From Polyangiales bacterium (GTDB taxonomy: Bacteria > Myxococcota_A > Polyangia > Polyangiales > Polyangiaceae): DNA of 64,000 nt. The stretch spans positions 1 through 64,000 of the forward strand of contig JBBRNJ010000043.1 of NCBI GenBank assembly GCA_038230375.1, read 5' to 3'. Below, in pieces: positions 27,583-36,288 of this stretch. The position numbers were made by a program, and so were the translations under genes. The stretch's first letter is position 1; every line of letters begins with the position of its first letter. The notes beneath the pieces were generated by a model. The model did no database searches. It had not been told where the DNA came from and saw only the letters and a list, made by a program, of their open reading frames with translations.

Positions 27583-28878
27583 ATGACTCAACTGCCTTTC
27601 CAGAAGACCAAGGAGCGCCGCGTCGCGGCCATCTTGAGCGGTGGCGGTGCCCGCGGCGCCTACGAGGTCGGCGTCCTCTGGTACGTGTTCGACGAGCTCG
27701 GCCGCATCCGCAAGGCGCCACCCAAGGTGGACATCCTTTGCGGTACCAGCGTCGGCGCCATCAACGCGTGCTACCTGGCCGCGCACCTTGCCGACCCTGC
27801 GCTCGGCATGCGTCGCCTGGTGGAGCTGTGGAGCGAGCTCGAGCTCACGCGCGTGCTCGGCTTCGGTGTTCGCCAGATGGTCAGCCTTCCGCGCCTCTTG
27901 ATCGGAGGCGGCAGCGCGGGCGCGGGGCTCTTCGACGTGACGCCCATGGCGGATCTGGTCCAGCGTGAGATCAGCTGGCGCGCGGTGTCGCGCACGCTTC
28001 GCCGTCGTCAGCTTCGTGCGCTCACCGTCTCCACCACGGAGGTGTCCACCGGTCGCACCGTGGTCTTCATGCAGACCTCTCCGGACGTGGTCATCCCCGA
28101 CGCAGCGCCGCCGCGCACGCTCTTCCGCGCGGACCACATCGGTCCGCTCCATGCGCTCGCAAGCGCCGCCATCCCGCTGCTCTTCCCGCCCGTGCGCATC
28201 GACGACGAGCTCTATCTGGACGGTGGCCTTCGCCAGAACACGCCCATCGCGCCTGCTCTTCGCCTGGGCGCCACGCACATCCTGGCCATTGGTCTCTCGC
28301 GCGAGGTGCATGGCGTGGTCAAGAGCGAGGCCGGGCCCAAGCAGCATCGCGCTCCCGGCGCCGCGTTCCTTCTGGGCAAGGTGCTGAACGCATTCTTGCT
28401 GGACCACGTCGACGTCGACATCGAGCTCCTCAATCGGCTGAACCACGTCATGCTCGACGGCGAGCTCGCGTTCGGCTCGGAGTTCGTGAACCAGATGTCC
28501 GAGGCCGCGATCGAGCGCAGCTCCCCGCCGTACCGCTACGTGCACGCGCTCGCCATCCGCCCCAGCCAGGACATTGGTCGTCTCGCGAGCGAGCACGTGC
28601 GCAAGGGCCGCTACCGTGGCAATCCGCTCGTCACGAAGCAAATGTTCCATCTGCTGGATTTCGGCGTGGGTGATGAGTCCGACCTTGCGAGCTACCTGCT
28701 GTTCGACGGTCAGTTCTGTCGCCAGCTCATCGAGATGGGACGCGCGGACGCGCAGGCACGGCGTGACGAGCTGCTCGCGTTCTTCGAGGAGCCTGCTACG
28801 GAAACAGGAGGCGGCCCAGAGTCCCACGACAGCGGTTACTGGGACCGGCGCTCTGGCCACATACCCTTCGGAACTTGA
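27583..28878 (+). CDS. Patatin-like phospholipase
   Basis: LSGGGARGAY, GTSVG, ASAAIPLLFPP, DGG. Confidence 0.93.
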   Translation: MTQLPFQKTKERRVAAILSGGGARGAYEVGVLWYVFDELGRIRKAPPKVDILCGTSVGAINACYLAAHLADPALGMRRLVELWSELELTRVLGFGVRQMVSLPRLLIGGGSAGAGLFDVTPMADLVQREISWRAVSRTLRRRQLRALTVSTTEVSTGRTVVFMQTSPDVVIPDAAPPRTLFRADHIGPLHALASAAIPLLFPPVRIDDELYLDGGLRQNTPIAPALRLGATHILAIGLSREVHGVVKSEAGPKQHRAPGAAFLLGKVLNAFLLDHVDVDIELLNRLNHVMLDGELAFGSEFVNQMSEAAIERSSPPYRYVHALAIRPSQDIGRLASEHVRKGRYRGNPLVTKQMFHLLDFGVGDESDLASYLLFDGQFCRQLIEMGRADAQARRDELLAFFEEPATETGGGPESHDSGYWDRRSGHIPFGT

Positions 28879-28892
28879 TGCACTTTACATAT

Positions 28893-29465
28893 ATGCGGCG
28901 CTCGTCCTGGATCTTGGGGCTCGTGGTTTGTGTGGTGGCTTGTAACCGCGAGGGATCGTCTGGAGCTCCTGGTGGTGCGGGTGCGGGTGCGGGTGCGGGC
29001 ACGGGCACGGGCACGGGGAGTGTGGGGATTGCTAGCGCGGCTCCTGAGGCTTCGGTGGCGAAGACTCCCGTGGAGATGGTGACTCTGCCGGATGTGTTCA
29101 TTGCGGAGGTAGGGTCGACCACGCTCCATGTGGCGTGGAAGATTCCCGCTGGGACCGGGATCAACGACGAGGCTCCGTTTCATGTTCGATGGACCACCAG
29201 CGTTGGGCTTGCGGAGGTTCCCCCCGAGGCGAAGAGCAAGGGCGCCGATGTTCGCGCTGGGTTCGACATCACCGTGGCTCCGCTGCCCGGTGAGCCCGCA
29301 GCGCACCTTGGTGGCACGCTCTCCGTTGTCGTGTGCGACTCGGAGACCCACAAGGTCTGCTTGCCTGTGCAGCGCCGCATCGAGGTCACCTTCTCCGTGC
29401 AGAAGGGCGGCAAGCAGAAGGTGTTCGCAGAGGTCGCGCTCCCCGCCGCACGCCCGCAGGGCTAG
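28893..29465 (+). CDS. Lipoprotein with Ig-like domain resembling DsbD N-terminal domain
   Basis: Lipobox VVAC; low-complexity GA/GT linker (hexamer repeats about 28974-29016); VVCDSETHKVCLP Cys pair. Confidence 0.6.
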   Translation: MRRSSWILGLVVCVVACNREGSSGAPGGAGAGAGAGTGTGTGSVGIASAAPEASVAKTPVEMVTLPDVFIAEVGSTTLHVAWKIPAGTGINDEAPFHVRWTTSVGLAEVPPEAKSKGADVRAGFDITVAPLPGEPAAHLGGTLSVVVCDSETHKVCLPVQRRIEVTFSVQKGGKQKVFAEVALPAARPQG

Positions 29466-29477
29466 AGGCACACGCCG

Positions 29478-30884
29478 TCAGGGAGCGAGCGCGGTCTTCA
29501 GCGGCTTGCCGTCGGCTTCGGGTAGCTCGAGATCGAGCAGCGTCGCGATCGTCGGCGCGACGTCGATCATGTCCACCTCTCCCAGGTCGCCGCGTCGGAC
29601 GCCGTCACCCCAGAAGAACAGGGTGGCGCCCATCTCCGGCATCTCTGGCTGGTAGCCATGCGCGCCCTTGTAGGTGGACTTCACGACCATCGGTGGCTCC
29701 CACGATTCGCCGAAGACGTACCCGGGCCGCGCGAGCAACACACACGTCGCGCTCTTGCCCGCGAACACGCCGTCGGTCTCTTCGTTGGTGAGCACGCGCG
29801 CGATGCCGTTCGACGGCTCCTTTGCGAGCTTCGTGAACAGGTCCGTCGCGGCCTTCGCAGACGCGGTGTCCTTTGGGTCGTGCGGCACGATCGCGGCGGT
29901 CGCTCCGGCCTTCCACGTGATCATCTTGTAGGAGGTGAGCTTGGTGCCCGTGGTGGTGAGGAGCCTCTGGCCCTTCAACGCCACGTTGGGACGCACCTCC
30001 TTCGATACGTGAGCGAAGCCGTGGTCCGAGACCAGCGCGAGCGTCGGCGGCGTTGCCCCGTATGCGGACAGAAGCTCACCCACGTAGCCGTCGATGCTCT
30101 TCAGCGTCCGCAGCGCCTCCGCCGACATGGGACCGCGCTCGTGCTCCACGGTGTCCAGATCCGTGAGGTATACAAACATCAGCCGCGGGTGGTGATCGCG
30201 GATGATCTCGAGCGCCGCGTCGGTCCGCTCTCGATCTCCGCGATGCTCCGCCGGCGGTGTCTTCCCGCTGTGGAGGAGGCCGCGTGTGGTGAGCGCGCGC
30301 AGGAGCTTGTCGTCCTCGTCCGTCTTCGCGCGCCACATCTGCGGCACCGAGAACGGGATGTCCGCGCCCACGGTGACGGGCCAGTAGACGTTGCCAACCT
30401 CGATGCCGCTCTTCCGCGCCACGTCCCATAGCGTGGGGACCTTGATGTCGGACGCGTACCAGTACCAGCCGTGCTCGTTCTTGTTGTACGGGTCGAACAC
30501 CACGTTGTTGACGACGCCGTGGTGTGCCGGTTGCGCGCCGGTGATCAGCGTGGTGTGCGCGGGGTACGTCATGGTCGGCCACACGCTCTTGAGGCTCTTC
30601 GCGGCGGCGCCCTCGTCGCGAAGATGACGCAGCATCGGGGCCCGTGCGGCATCGTCGAGATAGTCGTGTCGCAATCCGTCGATAGAGATAACGAGAACGT
30701 TACGTGCGGCCGGAGCAGCACCCGCGACCACGCCCCCATCGCTGAGGGCGCTCGCCTCCGGAGCGGCACCAGTCTCCACCGTGCTGGGCGGGTTTCCGGC
30801 CGGTCGCGTGGCCTCCTGTGGTGGACCGCCGCACGCGAAAAGGACCACGGCAGCGCAGCATCCGGCACGAAGCGTCGTCTTCAC
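29478..30884 (-). CDS. Alkaline-phosphatase-superfamily nucleotide pyrophosphatase/phosphodiesterase lipoprotein
   Basis: ISIDGLR, PTMTYPAH, DTVEH, SDHG, GAHGY, DVAPT; lipobox LFAC. Confidence 0.9.
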   Translation of the reverse strand: MKTTLRAGCCAAVVLFACGGPPQEATRPAGNPPSTVETGAAPEASALSDGGVVAGAAPAARNVLVISIDGLRHDYLDDAARAPMLRHLRDEGAAAKSLKSVWPTMTYPAHTTLITGAQPAHHGVVNNVVFDPYNKNEHGWYWYASDIKVPTLWDVARKSGIEVGNVYWPVTVGADIPFSVPQMWRAKTDEDDKLLRALTTRGLLHSGKTPPAEHRGDRERTDAALEIIRDHHPRLMFVYLTDLDTVEHERGPMSAEALRTLKSIDGYVGELLSAYGATPPTLALVSDHGFAHVSKEVRPNVALKGQRLLTTTGTKLTSYKMITWKAGATAAIVPHDPKDTASAKAATDLFTKLAKEPSNGIARVLTNEETDGVFAGKSATCVLLARPGYVFGESWEPPMVVKSTYKGAHGYQPEMPEMGATLFFWGDGVRRGDLGEVDMIDVAPTIATLLDLELPEADGKPLKTALAP

Positions 30885-31019
30885 GGGGCATCTATACCCC
30901 GAGCGGAGCGACAGCATCCGCACGAACGCGCGTTACTGCCGTAACGGGCAGCGCGCAAATCCGCGAACGCATGCCGAACGTAGCTGGATCGGGGCTTGCG
31001 TACAGGCCTCCGAACCCCC

Positions 31020-32198
31020 ATGGCCCTCGACGGATTCTTGCTCAGCTTGCACGCGCTCGTGGACACCCACGACGCCGAGGCATGGGCGTGGAGCCGCACC
31101 CTGGCCGCCGAGGGGTTCACCGTTCCTGGCGACCGCCTTGCTGCCGCGCTCATCAGGGATCCGGACGATCTCGTGTTCACGCTCCTGGGCGCGAAGGTGG
31201 AGGCCATGCGCGGCGCGCGTCTCCGTGTGGCCAAGCGTGACACGTTCCTGGACTACCTGGGCTCCTCGGGAGCGGCGCCCGTGACCCATGCGCGCGAGCT
31301 GCTCCGCGAGCTGCACCGGCGTGGGATCGAGACTGCGCTCGTTGGCGCGCTGGACGCGGACGAGCTGCGCGCCGTGGAGCAGGCCAGCGGCGTCGCGTGG
31401 ACGCGGGAGATCGACGCCGTCGCGTTGCCAGCGGAGGGCACACGTCACTCCATCAAGGAGGCGCTCTCGATCCTCCACATGACGCCCGCGCAGTGCGCGT
31501 TCCTGGGTCGCGCGTGGAGCGAGGTGCGCGTGGCCCACCAGATGGGTGTCGTGCCCGTGGCCACGACGCAGGGGCGCGGCGCTCGGTCCGCGCTCGCGCG
31601 TGCGGGCGCTCGTGTGGTGAAGGACGATCTGCACGCGCTCACGATCCGGCTCGATCGCACGCTTCGTGTAGTGTCGCCGTCGATCACCCGGTTCGGTGCC
31701 CCGGTCCTGGAGGCGCTCATGCGCGAGGCGATCACGCTTGCAGAGCAGAACCTGGCGCAGTTTCGCGCGCCGTTGGGCGCTGTCGTGGCGTCGGGCACCG
31801 GCGAGATCAAGGGACGTGGCCGCGACCTCTCGGACACCCATGGTGGGCTCGCGCACGCAGAGATGGAGGCGCTGCGCGTGGGCCTGCCGCAGCTGCGTCG
31901 CGGTGAGGGCGCGATCCTCGCGACCACCACTGCTCCGTGCCCCATGTGCCTTGCCGCCGCTGCCGAGTGTGGGATCGACACCGTCATCTTCGGGAGCGCT
32001 GGCGCCACACGCGCGTCGTCGATCCGGCTGTCCGGAGGAGCGTTCAGCTCCGCGCTTCCGCGGATGGTCGGCGGCGTCCTCGAACAAGAATGCGACGCTC
32101 TTCACAAGCGCTTCCGTGCAGCGGACGAGTCCGGCGCGCGCCTCACGCGATCGCGAGAGCCCGGCGCAGCGCGCGTGGCCGACCGCGCGACCAAGTAG
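31020..32198 (+). CDS. Fusion of a degenerate HAD-like domain and a zinc-dependent nucleoside/tRNA deaminase domain
   Basis: C-terminal MREAI..A...PLGAVV...HAEMEAL...PCPMC. The N-terminal half is HAD-like, but the DxD motif is replaced (FLLSLHALVDT). Confidence 0.8.
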   Translation: MALDGFLLSLHALVDTHDAEAWAWSRTLAAEGFTVPGDRLAAALIRDPDDLVFTLLGAKVEAMRGARLRVAKRDTFLDYLGSSGAAPVTHARELLRELHRRGIETALVGALDADELRAVEQASGVAWTREIDAVALPAEGTRHSIKEALSILHMTPAQCAFLGRAWSEVRVAHQMGVVPVATTQGRGARSALARAGARVVKDDLHALTIRLDRTLRVVSPSITRFGAPVLEALMREAITLAEQNLAQFRAPLGAVVASGTGEIKGRGRDLSDTHGGLAHAEMEALRVGLPQLRRGEGAILATTTAPCPMCLAAAAECGIDTVIFGSAGATRASSIRLSGGAFSSALPRMVGGVLEQECDALHKRFRAADESGARLTRSREPGAARVADRATK

Positions 32199-32258
32199 AG
32201 CGAACGATCTCGGAGCCCCACGTTTGCTTGCGTGGATGAGCTGCGATATAAACGCATC

Positions 32259-32933
32259 ATGTCCAGCGTCAGACGGGGGGCGGCCATTGCCGCGATGGGC
32301 GTTCTTGCCTCGCTGTCATCCATCATCGCCGCGTGCGTGGGTGACGCCTCCACGACCGACTCGCAGAGCGATTCGGGCGCGAGCTCCGACAGCGCGGCGC
32401 CGGGCGCCGACGGTGGCGCAACCCAGGACGCAGGCACGAGCGGATCGAGCGAGGGCGGAGCGACACCGGCGGACGGCGGCTGCGTGGCGGGAGAAAAGCA
32501 CTGCGACGGCCTCGCGCTCCAGAACTGCAACGCCGACGGCAAAGCGTTCGTCACGATCGAGCAATGCCAGACGGCCGCGCTCTGCACCAAGAGCCCGGCT
32601 GATCATTGTCTCGCGCCCGCATGCAGCACGGACCAGGTCCGCTGCAACGTCGCGGCCCTGGAAAAATGTGCGCCCGGTCGCGACGGATACGTGCTCGTGT
32701 CGCAGTGCGCGTCCGTTCCGCTTTGCAGCGCGCAGGATGGCGGCTCTTGCACGCCGCCAGCGTGCGCCATCAACGACCTGATGTGCATGGTCTGCGCCAA
32801 TATGGCTGCGAATGACTGCCTGATGATGTGCAAGGCAGATCGGACCGGCTTCGTGCTGAAGCAAGACTGCGGGCTTGCGCAGGGGAAGCCGAACGACGAG
32901 TCCTGCAATCCGGTCACGCTCGCCTGCCAGTGA
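32259..32933 (+). CDS. Cysteine-rich repeat lipoprotein
   Basis: Lipobox IAAC; three repeated Cys-rich modules. Confidence 0.75.
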   Translation: MSSVRRGAAIAAMGVLASLSSIIAACVGDASTTDSQSDSGASSDSAAPGADGGATQDAGTSGSSEGGATPADGGCVAGEKHCDGLALQNCNADGKAFVTIEQCQTAALCTKSPADHCLAPACSTDQVRCNVAALEKCAPGRDGYVLVSQCASVPLCSAQDGGSCTPPACAINDLMCMVCANMAANDCLMMCKADRTGFVLKQDCGLAQGKPNDESCNPVTLACQ

Positions 32934-33017
32934 GCGGCGCGCATGCGCGCGACAACGTTGTCGCGTGACGCGACAATATTGTCGGGTGGAATCCGGGCGA
33001 TGATAGAATCGCACGCG

Positions 33018-33521
33018 ATGCGGATTCCGTGCACAAGGGGCGCGCTCGTGCTTCTTCTTGGCCTCTTCGCCGCCGGTTGTCAGAAGTCCTATCAGTGTCC
33101 CGAGGGCGAGAAGGACAAGTCGCAGCTCGACAAATGGAAGGCCATGGGCGTTCCCACCGACAAGCCCGGCGTGATCGTGTGCGAGGCGTCCGAGCAGAAC
33201 TTCAACGGCGCGATTCCGAGCCCGCCGCACGAGAAGGACATGCTGAGCACGCTCGAGACAAGGTGGAAGGGCGACGGCTGGAAAGACTCCATCCTCAAAG
33301 GCTACGTGCCCCGGACCGACGACGTGAGCGCGTCACGCAAGTACGAGAAGTGCGGCGAGCCCCAGAACCCGCTCGGCGAGCGCTTCGTGGACTGCACCGG
33401 CGAGCTCTCCCTGGAGATCAGCGAGCTCCCGTCGAACCTGGTGGGGAAGCCGTTTCTCTTGTGGGTCGACCACAGGCCCAACCTCAAGAGCCATCACGTG
33501 CTCACGGGGACGGGGCACTGA
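33018..33521 (+). CDS. Hypothetical lipoprotein
   Basis: Lipobox AAGC after a hydrophobic stretch; GC3-biased codons. Confidence 0.65.
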   Translation: MRIPCTRGALVLLLGLFAAGCQKSYQCPEGEKDKSQLDKWKAMGVPTDKPGVIVCEASEQNFNGAIPSPPHEKDMLSTLETRWKGDGWKDSILKGYVPRTDDVSASRKYEKCGEPQNPLGERFVDCTGELSLEISELPSNLVGKPFLLWVDHRPNLKSHHVLTGTGH

Positions 33522-33870
33522 AAAGGTAGAACTCGTTCCCGTCCGGATCGCGGAAGTGCGCGCGTCGATCAGGGCCCGTGCCCTGGAGAACGAAGACGAT
33601 GCCGCGGTTCTCGAGCACGGCGACCACGTCATCGAGCTGACCCTTTGCGCGCAGACCGATCATGGTGTCGGGCATCACGGTCGCGAGGTCGGCGATCGGC
33701 CGGTTTTCCCGTCTGCCGGACAGCAGGACGATGATGAGATTGTCGCCCGCGTCGAGGGTGACGGTGCGCGCGTTCTGCGCGACGAGCTTCATGCCGAGCG
33801 TCTCGAGGTAGAACCGCGCAGCACGCCCGAGATCGGTCACGGCGAGCGTGACGTGGCCCCCGGCGATCAT
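33502..33870 (-). CDS. VOC/glyoxalase family protein
   Basis: HVTLAVTDL.RA..FY...LG and HFRDPDGN. Confidence 0.9.
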   Translation of the reverse strand: MIAGGHVTLAVTDLGRAARFYLETLGMKLVAQNARTVTLDAGDNLIIVLLSGRRENRPIADLATVMPDTMIGLRAKGQLDDVVAVLENRGIVFVLQGTGPDRRAHFRDPDGNEFYLFSAPSP

Positions 33871-34166
33871 GACGAGGACGGCATCTGGTGACTGAGCTTC
33901 TTGATGCCGTCGGCGAAGAGGACCTCGACGCGGAGGCCTTCCACTGCGACGACGACGCCCTTGCCGAACTTCGGGTGCGTGATGAGCGCGCCCTTCGCGT
34001 ACGTGGCTGTCATGGCGAATGGCGCGAACAGGTCGTCCGTCTTGCCCTCCATGTGCTGCTCGTAGTTGAGCTCGGGTGCCTTGGTCTTCTTGAAGTACGT
34101 GTCGTCGTCGGTGCCTGTGTCGCGGCTCGTGCCGGACGTCCGCGCCTTGGAGCGTTTCATCGACAT
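33867..34166 (-). CDS. Small hypothetical protein with a Tudor/SH3-like C-terminus
   Basis: YAKGALITHPKFGKGVVVAVEGLRVEVLFADGIKKL. Confidence 0.7.
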   Translation of the reverse strand: MSMKRSKARTSGTSRDTGTDDDTYFKKTKAPELNYEQHMEGKTDDLFAPFAMTATYAKGALITHPKFGKGVVVAVEGLRVEVLFADGIKKLSHQMPSSS

Positions 34167-34236
34167 GCGGCGCCTTCTAGCGCAGTTTCCGGATTCCTGC
34201 ACGGCGCCCTTGTGCCCGGGGCGACAACGCTATGAA

Positions 34237-36288
34237 ATGGCGCGCATGTCCGCACAGAAGGTGCCCACGGCGCAACACGCCGCGCTGGTCTCGGAGATAG
34301 ACGCTCACAACTACCGCTACTACGTGCTCGACGATCCGAGCGTGACGGATGCGGCGTTCGACGCGCTGATGAAGAAGCTCCGCGCGCTGGAGGAAGAGCA
34401 CCCGGAGCTGCGCACGGCGCACTCTCCCACGCAGCGGGTCGGCGGTACTGCGCGCACCACCGTGGCGAAGGTGAAGCACGAGGTGCGGATGTTCTCGCTC
34501 GACAACGCCTACTCGAAGGAGGACATGAACGAGTTCTTCGATCGCGTGCGCACCGGCCTGCCCGACGCGGAGACGCCCGAGTTCGTGGTGGAGCCCAAGC
34601 TGGACGGCGCGAGCCTGGAGGTGATCTACGAGAACGGCCGATTGATCTCCGCATCCACGCGCGGCGACGGCGAGACCGGCGAGGACATCACCGAGAACGT
34701 GCGCACGATCCGCGGCGTCCCGAGCGCGATCCGTCACGCCGGGAGGATCACGCTGCGCGGCGAGATCCTGATCTACCGCAAGGATCTCGTGAAGCTCAAC
34801 GTGGAGCGCGAGGAGGAAGGCCTGGAGCCGTTCTCGAACCCGCGCAACGCGGCGGCCGGTGCGGTGCGCATGAACGATCCGAAGGAGGTCGCGGCCCGTC
34901 CGCTGCGAGCGCTGTTCTACCAGCTGGTGGAGGGCGACAAGATGCATGCGTCGCACGCGGAGTCGCTCACGTTCATGGCGGAGCAAGGGCTGCCCACGCA
35001 CCGCAAGGAAGAGCTCGCGAACGAGGACGGCGTGTTCGCCCTCATCGAGAAGGTCGACGCCGCGCGCCCGCATTATCCCTACGAGACCGACGGCGCAGTG
35101 GTGAAGGTGAGCTCCTACAAGCAAGAGGGCATGCTCGGCTTCACGTCGAAGTTTCCCAAGTGGGCGATCGCCTACAAATTCGCGCCTGAGCGCACCTCCA
35201 CGAAGGTGCTCTCGATCGAGATCAACGTGGGCCGCACGGGGGCTCTCACGCCCGTCTGCGTGTGCGACCCGGTGGAGCTGTCGGGCACCACGGTGTCGCG
35301 CGCGAGCCTCCACAACGAAGATCAGATCGAGCGACTGGGTATCCGCGTGGGCGACCGCGTCTTCATCGAGAAGGCCGGCGAGATCATCCCCCAGGTCGTC
35401 TCCGTGGATCTCACCGCGCGCGATCCGAAGAGCGTGCCCTACGAGATGCCGGAGGCGTGCCCGGTCTGCAACACGAAGGCCGTTCGCGGGCTCAAGGACG
35501 AGGCGTCGCCGGAGCTCGGCGAAGAGGCCACGCGCAAGTGCCCGAACAAGAACTGCCCCGCGCAGGTGGACGCGCGCATCCATCACTACTCGCGCCGCTT
35601 CTCGATGGACGTCGATCACCTTGGCATCGCCATCATCGAGCAGCTCACGCGCGCGGGCCTGGTCTCCTCGGTCCCGGATCTCTACACGCTCACCGTGGAC
35701 GCGGTGAAGAAGCTCGAACGCCACGGCGAGAAGAGCGCGAAGAACCTCGTGTCGTCGATCGCCGCATCGAAGGAGCGCACGCTGGACCGGCTGCTCTGTG
35801 GCCTGGGGATCCCGCAGGTCGGGCAGGTCGCGGCAAAGCAGCTCGCGGAGGACCTCATCTCGTTGCCGCAGATCCGAGCGCTGTCTCCAGAGGCGCTACG
35901 CGAGCGCGTCGCCGGCATCCATGGCTTCGGCCCCAAGATGGTGGACTCCGTGGTCGAGTTCTTCGCGGACCCGGACGAGATCGCGCTCATGGATCGCCTC
36001 ATTGCGCTCGACGTGGGTCGGCCGCAGCCTGTCGCCAAGGTCGCGACCGAAGGGCCGCTGGTGGGCAAATCGTTCTGCGTGACCGGCGTGCTGACGGAGA
36101 AGCGCGAGACCGTGCATGAGCGTTTGCGGGCCGCGGGCGCGGAGATCCACGACTCCGTGAAGAAGAACACCTGCTATCTCGTCGCCGGAGAGAAGACCGG
36201 CAAGACCAAGCTCGATCAGGCGAAGAAGTTCGGCGCCATCGTCATCGACGAAGCCCGACTCAACGCGCTCATCGCGGGCGAGGCTTGA
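34237..36288 (+). CDS. ligA: NAD-dependent DNA ligase
   Basis: HNYRYY..D.P, EPKLDG, STRGDG..GEDIT, NPRNAAAG, DGAVVK, PKWAIAYKF, zinc finger and C-terminal BRCT. Confidence 0.98.
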   Translation: MARMSAQKVPTAQHAALVSEIDAHNYRYYVLDDPSVTDAAFDALMKKLRALEEEHPELRTAHSPTQRVGGTARTTVAKVKHEVRMFSLDNAYSKEDMNEFFDRVRTGLPDAETPEFVVEPKLDGASLEVIYENGRLISASTRGDGETGEDITENVRTIRGVPSAIRHAGRITLRGEILIYRKDLVKLNVEREEEGLEPFSNPRNAAAGAVRMNDPKEVAARPLRALFYQLVEGDKMHASHAESLTFMAEQGLPTHRKEELANEDGVFALIEKVDAARPHYPYETDGAVVKVSSYKQEGMLGFTSKFPKWAIAYKFAPERTSTKVLSIEINVGRTGALTPVCVCDPVELSGTTVSRASLHNEDQIERLGIRVGDRVFIEKAGEIIPQVVSVDLTARDPKSVPYEMPEACPVCNTKAVRGLKDEASPELGEEATRKCPNKNCPAQVDARIHHYSRRFSMDVDHLGIAIIEQLTRAGLVSSVPDLYTLTVDAVKKLERHGEKSAKNLVSSIAASKERTLDRLLCGLGIPQVGQVAAKQLAEDLISLPQIRALSPEALRERVAGIHGFGPKMVDSVVEFFADPDEIALMDRLIALDVGRPQPVAKVATEGPLVGKSFCVTGVLTEKRETVHERLRAAGAEIHDSVKKNTCYLVAGEKTGKTKLDQAKKFGAIVIDEARLNALIAGEA

